From Alkalispirochaeta sp. (GTDB lineage Bacteria > Spirochaetota > Spirochaetia > DSM-27196 > Alkalispirochaetaceae): a stretch of 64,000 bases of DNA. Within the stretch, counting starts at the first letter, position 1. Every line of letters starts with the position of its first letter. The stretch is from NCBI GenBank assembly GCA_965601925.1, contig OZ271854.1, forward strand, positions 704,001-768,000. The letters run 5' to 3'. Under the pieces are notes generated by a model. It was not told where the DNA came from and made no database searches. It saw only the letters and a program-made list of their open reading frames with translations. The position numbers were made by a program, and so were the translations under genes. Positions 58,923 through 64,000 of this stretch are shown piece by piece.

Positions 58923-59540
58923 ATGGATATCTCCCGCTATCTGGCATTTCTTTCGGCCGCATTCGTCATTATCATCATTCCCGGCCCGACGAATCTCGTC
59001 ATACTATCCGATAGCCTCCGTTCCGGATTTCGCAAAGCCGTATGGACGGTCGCCGGCGCGGCGCTGGCCCATGCACTGTTCCTCACGGCCTTCACCGCCG
59101 GTTTCGCCACGCTCGTCGAGACGTATCCCCGCGCGATCGAGTACATACGCGTGTTCGGCGTAGTGTATCTCGCGTGGACCGGATTGAAGCTCATCGTCTC
59201 TTCGCCGTCGAGTGCGGCGGAAGCACACGAGCGGGCGGGAGCCGGCAATCCGGCCGGATATCTCCTGCGGGGATTTCTCGTTAACGCTACCAATCCGAAG
59301 GCGCTTCTTTTCTATGCGGCCTTTTTTCCGCCCTTCATCGCGACGAGCGCGCCGGTCGGACCGCAGTTGGTCGTGTTAGGCCTCACTTTTCTCGCCATCT
59401 TCGTAGCGGTCGGTCTATTGCATGCGTTTGTTCCCGAAGTGATCCATCGCCGCAGCACGAGTCGACGGGCGCGCAGACGCGTGAACGTCGTCGCGGGCAG
59501 TGCCGCAATCGGCGCCGGGATCTGGCTTGCAACGCGGTAA
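58923..59540 (+). CDS. LysE/RhtB family translocator
   Basis: IIPGPTN, GVVYLAWTG, GFLVNATNPKALLFY; promoter TTGACC-17-TATCGT. Confidence 0.92.
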   Translation: MDISRYLAFLSAAFVIIIIPGPTNLVILSDSLRSGFRKAVWTVAGAALAHALFLTAFTAGFATLVETYPRAIEYIRVFGVVYLAWTGLKLIVSSPSSAAEAHERAGAGNPAGYLLRGFLVNATNPKALLFYAAFFPPFIATSAPVGPQLVVLGLTFLAIFVAVGLLHAFVPEVIHRRSTSRRARRRVNVVAGSAAIGAGIWLATR

Positions 59541-59566
59541 ACTCGACAAAGCGTTATATTCTGCCA

Positions 59567-60832
59567 ATGACTGACGGAGCTCGTACCGACACGATGAATG
59601 GAGAACCGCGCCACATCCAACGGGTGTACCTTCTCTTGACGCTATTGTCGACTTTGGCGGCGTCGTTTATCTGGGGCATCAACACGCTGTTTCTGTTGGA
59701 CGCAGGGTTGAGTAACACCCAGGCTTTTGCCGCCAACGCCTTTTTCACCCTCGGCCAGGTCGTCTTTGAAATTCCGACCGGCGTCGTCGCCGATTCCTGG
59801 GGGCGTCGTTCGTCGTACCTGCTGGGCGCGGTCACGTTGCTCATTTCGACGTTGCTCTATCTCCTTATGTGGCGGTTGCAGGCGCCCTTCTGGGGTTGGG
59901 CGGCAAGCTCCGTCTGCATCGGCCTCGGATTCACCTTCTTTTCCGGTGCAACCGAGGCGTGGCTCGTCGATGCGCTGGCGTTTTCGGGATACGAGGGCGA
60001 GTTGGATCCGGTCTTTGCGAAAGGACAATCGGTCGCCGGCGTCGCCATGCTGACCGGGTCGGTCGCCGGCGGCTACATCGCCCAAATCACGAATCTCGGC
60101 GTACCCTACATTGCGAGGGCGGCCATGCTCTCCCTAACCGTTCTCGCCGCATTCCTGTTCATGAAGGATCTCGGTTTCGAACCGGACACGAGTATGTCCC
60201 TGTCGCGGAGAATGAAAACGATCTTCCGCTCGTCCATCGACAACGGGCTCAAACGACCCGCCGTGCGGTGGTTGATGCTGGGCGCGCCCTTCACCGCCGG
60301 AGCAGGATTCTTCGCGTTCTACGCGATGCAGCCCTATCTGCTTGAACTCTACGGTACGTCGAGCGCGTACATGGTGGCCGGTCTTGCCGCGGCCGCGGTT
60401 GCGGGGGCGCAGATCGTAGGCGGCCTTTTGGCGGGACGGATTCGCCGTCTCTTCTCACGGCGGACGCACGTCATCATACTCGGCGTCGTCGCGAGCGCAG
60501 CGGCGCTGGCACTGATCGGATTCACCGACAGCTTTTGGGTTGCCGTTACGGTACTGGTCGTCTGGGCGATTATTTTTGCGGCCGTAACCCCTATTAGGCA
60601 GGCGTACCTGAACGGGATCATCCCATCGAAACAGCGCGCGACGGTTCTTTCCTTCGACTCGTTGATGGGTTCTTCGGGGGCGGTGGCGACGCAGCCGGCC
60701 TTAGGTCGCGTTGCCGACGTGTGGGGATACTCGACCTCGTACTTCGTCTCTTCGATCATACAACTCGCGGCGTTGCCGTTCGGCGTGTTGGCGCGGAGAG
60801 AGAACGCTTCCTCCGATCCGATAGAGCATTAG
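59567..60832 (+). CDS. MFS transporter
   Basis: About 12 TM; FEIPTGVVADSWGRR motif A, FFSGATEAWLVD, RATVLSF. Confidence 0.92.
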   Translation: MTDGARTDTMNGEPRHIQRVYLLLTLLSTLAASFIWGINTLFLLDAGLSNTQAFAANAFFTLGQVVFEIPTGVVADSWGRRSSYLLGAVTLLISTLLYLLMWRLQAPFWGWAASSVCIGLGFTFFSGATEAWLVDALAFSGYEGELDPVFAKGQSVAGVAMLTGSVAGGYIAQITNLGVPYIARAAMLSLTVLAAFLFMKDLGFEPDTSMSLSRRMKTIFRSSIDNGLKRPAVRWLMLGAPFTAGAGFFAFYAMQPYLLELYGTSSAYMVAGLAAAAVAGAQIVGGLLAGRIRRLFSRRTHVIILGVVASAAALALIGFTDSFWVAVTVLVVWAIIFAAVTPIRQAYLNGIIPSKQRATVLSFDSLMGSSGAVATQPALGRVADVWGYSTSYFVSSIIQLAALPFGVLARRENASSDPIEH

Positions 60833-61010
60833 ACGCGTCACGGGAAAGACCTGAGACCGTCCGGTGTGAGAACCGCTCCGGGCGGCCGGCGTGCGATACG
60901 GCGCGTTACGCGGCCGGACCGACTCGCCGTCACCGTCGATTTCGCGTCCGTACACGTAGTGCGCGAAAAGCGCAATGCGCTATGATGGCCGTATCGCACG
61001 GGGGTGAGCA

Positions 61011-62123
61011 TTGACTACTACGAGCGGCGAACTACACCTACGAACGATGCGGGACGACGAGGCACAGTCGGTTCGACGGGTGATGAAAAACGCCTTTCCG
61101 TTTCTCCTGCGACTCTTCTTCACCATTACGAAGGAGACGTTTGTCGCCGAGCAAGACGGCGCGCTTCTGGGCGGGGTGGTTACCAAAACATTCAGGATCA
61201 ACCGTGAGAAAAAAGGCGGCCTCATCGCATTCATATTCACGAGCGATGCGGCTCGCGGTCGAGGCCTCGGCCAAAAGCTTCTGGATCACGCGCTCACATA
61301 CTTAGCGGAACGGGGGTGTGATGAGGTATTCGCGTCGGTCGAAGGCACCAATACAAGCTCGAGTAAGATGTTTTTGACCCGAGGATTCGCGCTCGCCTCC
61401 GGCGGCCGTCTGATCACGCGGTACGGATTCAATATCTTCAGAATACTGTTTTGTACGTCCCATACGATCGATGTGGGCCATTTTCTCTGGATAAAACCGC
61501 TGGAGAACTATCGGGAGCGGCCCACGATGCAATGGATCGCGAACGTGCTGCTCAACACGCTGTTCTGGACGGCGGCGTATGCGATGCGACAAGGCTCGGC
61601 TCTCGAGGATGTGCCGCGCAGTGCGCTGTCGATCTTCATATCCATGGTTCTTCTTTTTGGGGTGCGCGATCTATCGACGATCGCCGGGTCGAAGCTCTTC
61701 GGTATTCCCATGCAGTACCGGTTGTGGGAAACGAGTCTGTTACTGAACGCCGCCATCTCGCTCGTGTTTCGGGGCTCTTTTATCTCCACGGGATCGTTCT
61801 ATCCGATACGCAAAGATTGGCGCTACAAGGACGAGTACGCCCGCCTCGGCACGATCGCCTATACTTCGTCCCTTGTGATGCTTGCAACCCTCTACGGCGC
61901 GTTTTTTCTGCAATACCTCCTCGTGTTACCGCCACTAATGTCGGCAGCGGTAGCGATGCTTCTCTTTGTCGGTACGGTGTTCACCATATTCGATATTCTC
62001 GTGCCGATATTCCCGCTCTATTCCGGTAACGGTGGGCGCGTGTACCATTGGAGCAAACCGTTATGGGTGACGATCGCCCTCCCGGGTGTCGGATTGATCC
62101 TCATGCGAGCGTTGCTACTCTGA
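61011..62123 (+). CDS. GNAT acetyltransferase fused to a multi-pass membrane domain
   Basis: ARGRGLGQKLL and NTSSSKMF..RGF GNAT motifs, then 5-6 TM segments. Confidence 0.8.
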   Translation: MTTTSGELHLRTMRDDEAQSVRRVMKNAFPFLLRLFFTITKETFVAEQDGALLGGVVTKTFRINREKKGGLIAFIFTSDAARGRGLGQKLLDHALTYLAERGCDEVFASVEGTNTSSSKMFLTRGFALASGGRLITRYGFNIFRILFCTSHTIDVGHFLWIKPLENYRERPTMQWIANVLLNTLFWTAAYAMRQGSALEDVPRSALSIFISMVLLFGVRDLSTIAGSKLFGIPMQYRLWETSLLLNAAISLVFRGSFISTGSFYPIRKDWRYKDEYARLGTIAYTSSLVMLATLYGAFFLQYLLVLPPLMSAAVAMLLFVGTVFTIFDILVPIFPLYSGNGGRVYHWSKPLWVTIALPGVGLILMRALLL

Positions 62124-62403
62124 AAGCGAGACCGGCGTGCCGCTCACTACACGCCGTGAATCGTGCGTTCGCGGCATCTCGATCGATGAAGAGAGTGCGG
62201 CATCTTGACCGTCGCGATCGCAGAGCGTATTTTTAGAACGATCGGTAACTAAATCCGCACCTCGACAATGGCGGCTCTACGGGAAGTCACGGCGTGGAAC
62301 TACGAGTGCCGGAGTCGGCAACGGGCACCGCAGCCGAGCCGACCGCCGGAATCGGCGGCATACTTCGAGCGAGGCGGCGGGTAGTACAGGGGGTAACGAC
62401 GAT

Positions 62404-62958
62404 ATGGCGGAGTTTCAATCGTACTGCGACGCGGTGCGTAATGTAGACGAGGGCGACGTACACCGCATTTACCACGATACCGAATACGGATTTCCCCTGG
62501 AATCCGACGACGCCTTATTCGGCCGACTCATCCTGGAGATCAACCAGGCGGGACTATCGTGGACGACGATCCTCAACAAGAAAGAGCAGTTTGAGCGGGC
62601 GTATGCCGGCTTCGATATCCGGAGGATCGCGACGTTTGACGACGTGGATCGAGAGCGGCTGTTGAGCGATGCGGGTATCATACGCAACAAGCTCAAGGTC
62701 GACGCGGCGATTTACAACGCCCAGAGGGTCGTGGAGCTGCAGCGGGAATACGGCTCCTTTAAGCAGTGGCTCGACCACCACTTTCCCAAAACGAGAGAGG
62801 AATGGGTAAAACTGTTCAAGAAGACCTTCAAGTTTACCGGGGGCGAGATAACCAACGAGTTTCTGGTGAGTACCGGCTACCTCCCGGGCGCTCACGAGCC
62901 GTCGTGCCCGATCTGGAATCGAGTGCTTCGCGAACGGCCGCGGTGGTATGTCAGTTGA
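62404..62958 (+). CDS. tag: DNA-3-methyladenine glycosylase I
   Basis: YHDTEYG, LEINQAGLSWTTIL, GIIRNKLK, FKFTG, H...C. Confidence 0.93.
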   Translation: MAEFQSYCDAVRNVDEGDVHRIYHDTEYGFPLESDDALFGRLILEINQAGLSWTTILNKKEQFERAYAGFDIRRIATFDDVDRERLLSDAGIIRNKLKVDAAIYNAQRVVELQREYGSFKQWLDHHFPKTREEWVKLFKKTFKFTGGEITNEFLVSTGYLPGAHEPSCPIWNRVLRERPRWYVS

Positions 62959-63012
62959 CGATCGACCGCACGGTGGCGGTTCATTCGGACCGGGGTGCGT
63001 TACGGCGCCGGT

Positions 63013-63603
63013 CTACACGCCGAGGCTCATGAACGCCCCGACCGCGTGCTCGGCGATCGCAACCAGATCGGCTGGGCGCGGAAGGGGATCGATACCGAGG
63101 AGAATGCGCATCTCCCGGTCGCCGCGAAGGAGTGAGAAAAACAACTCTGCGCTGCGTTCGGCGTCCGGGACGGCGATGTCGCCGGCATCATTTCGCTCGC
63201 CAAGAAATGCCGCGATTTGACGGATGAGTTCCGCGGGTCCCTCGTCGTAGTATTGCTTTGCAACGTCGGGAAACCGCTGCGACTCCGCGACGACGATTCG
63301 AAATAGATGGAGCGACCTTTTACAGTAGAGCGCGGTAAGGAGCTCCACCCCCAACAGAATGAGCGCTTCGCGCGTATCGTCCGGTGCAACTTCGCGAAAA
63401 CGGGTTAATGAAAAGTCGATCTCATGACGAATTTTCGCCAGCGCCTCGGCAAAAAGGATACGTTTGTCGCGAAAATGCGCGTATACGGTGCTCTTCGAGC
63501 CGCCGACTCTGTCGACGATGGTATCGATCGACGTTCCGTCGTACCCGTGTTGCAAAAACGCCTCTTCGGCGGAATGCAGAATACGCTCGCGTTTAGACGG
63601 CAT
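63013..63603 (-). CDS. TetR/AcrR family transcriptional regulator
   Basis: ILHSAEEAFLQHGYDGTSIDTIVDRVGGSKSTVYAHF; ESQRFP C-terminal domain. Confidence 0.92.
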   Translation of the reverse strand: MPSKRERILHSAEEAFLQHGYDGTSIDTIVDRVGGSKSTVYAHFRDKRILFAEALAKIRHEIDFSLTRFREVAPDDTREALILLGVELLTALYCKRSLHLFRIVVAESQRFPDVAKQYYDEGPAELIRQIAAFLGERNDAGDIAVPDAERSAELFFSLLRGDREMRILLGIDPLPRPADLVAIAEHAVGAFMSLGV

Positions 63604-63662
63604 AACGATACCAGTATGACACACCTCGGCGGAAGATACCCGCCGAGGGACGACGAGCTTTG

Positions 63663-64000
63663 TTATTGGGCGAGAAGAAGGCTCACGCTGTTGTCGACGA
63701 TCATCTCCCTCAGCGCCTGCAACTCACGATTGAGCATCCGGTCGAACGCCCGTGTGGTACCGGTCGCGCCGGTAATTCCGTCGATCCGCGCGTTCTCCGC
63801 ATCGTAGTCGCCCGGGCCCCGCGTCTGGACAAAGACGCCGTCCGGGCCGATGCGCTCGCCCCGCAACTGGTCGAGAAAGGGCCGCCCGGTGACGCGACCG
63901 CCGAGTCCAGGGGTCTCATTTTGATCCAGAATCTCCACACCGATGATACGCGTCACGTCGGCGTTGACGCTCACGACCGCGACGATATCGCCCCACACAC
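63663..64000 (-). CDS. FMN-binding (NqrC/RnfG-like) flavinylated protein, C-terminal part
   Basis: WGDI, ETPGLGGRV, flavinylation motif DGITGAT; runs off the window edge. Confidence 0.85.
   Translation of the reverse strand, partial: VWGDIVAVVSVNADVTRIIGVEILDQNETPGLGGRVTGRPFLDQLRGERIGPDGVFVQTRGPGDYDAENARIDGITGATGTTRAFDRMLNRELQALREMIVDNSVSLLLAQ

Noticed and set aside
1..64000. CRISPR arrays, tRNA/rRNA genes, IS elements, prophage
   Set aside because: No regularly spaced direct repeats, cloverleaf/rRNA signatures, transposase, integrase or phage genes seen by eye; a covariance-model scan would be needed to exclude small RNAs

Overview
GC-rich bacterial chromosomal window (roughly 60-65% GC by eye). 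It is most likely from a free-living spirochaete (Spirochaetaceae-like), inferred from 'AGG(G/Q)xE'-type signal peptides and gene content. It holds about 55 mostly housekeeping or accessory CDSs: a partial chemoreceptor, sbcCD, a 7-gene MoxR/DUF58/vWA operon, an ABC-F gene with a leader-peptide attenuator, a GGDEF protein, rlmN, a sirtuin, rmuC, copZA/csoR, an Fe3+ ABC transporter, a Na+-type membrane pyrophosphatase and a cstA locus. An AT-richer islet carries a lipoprotein gene and its decayed duplicate, followed by several small enzymes and transporters. I saw no rRNA, tRNA, CRISPR array, integrase or transposase. Most notable: (1) a cstA / small membrane protein / Get3-like ATPase operon bracketed by two paralogous single-TM proteins that resemble eukaryotic CCDC47 (PAT complex), possibly a prokaryotic membrane-protein biogenesis module; (2) a chemoreceptor with a circularly permuted sugar-binding-protein domain inserted in its cytoplasmic coiled coil; (3) two unannotated leader-peptide attenuators; (4) an apparently circularly permuted DUF1566 protein; (5) a probable CTG start codon and widespread leaderless promoters. 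All family assignments come from motif recognition by eye; no searches were run.
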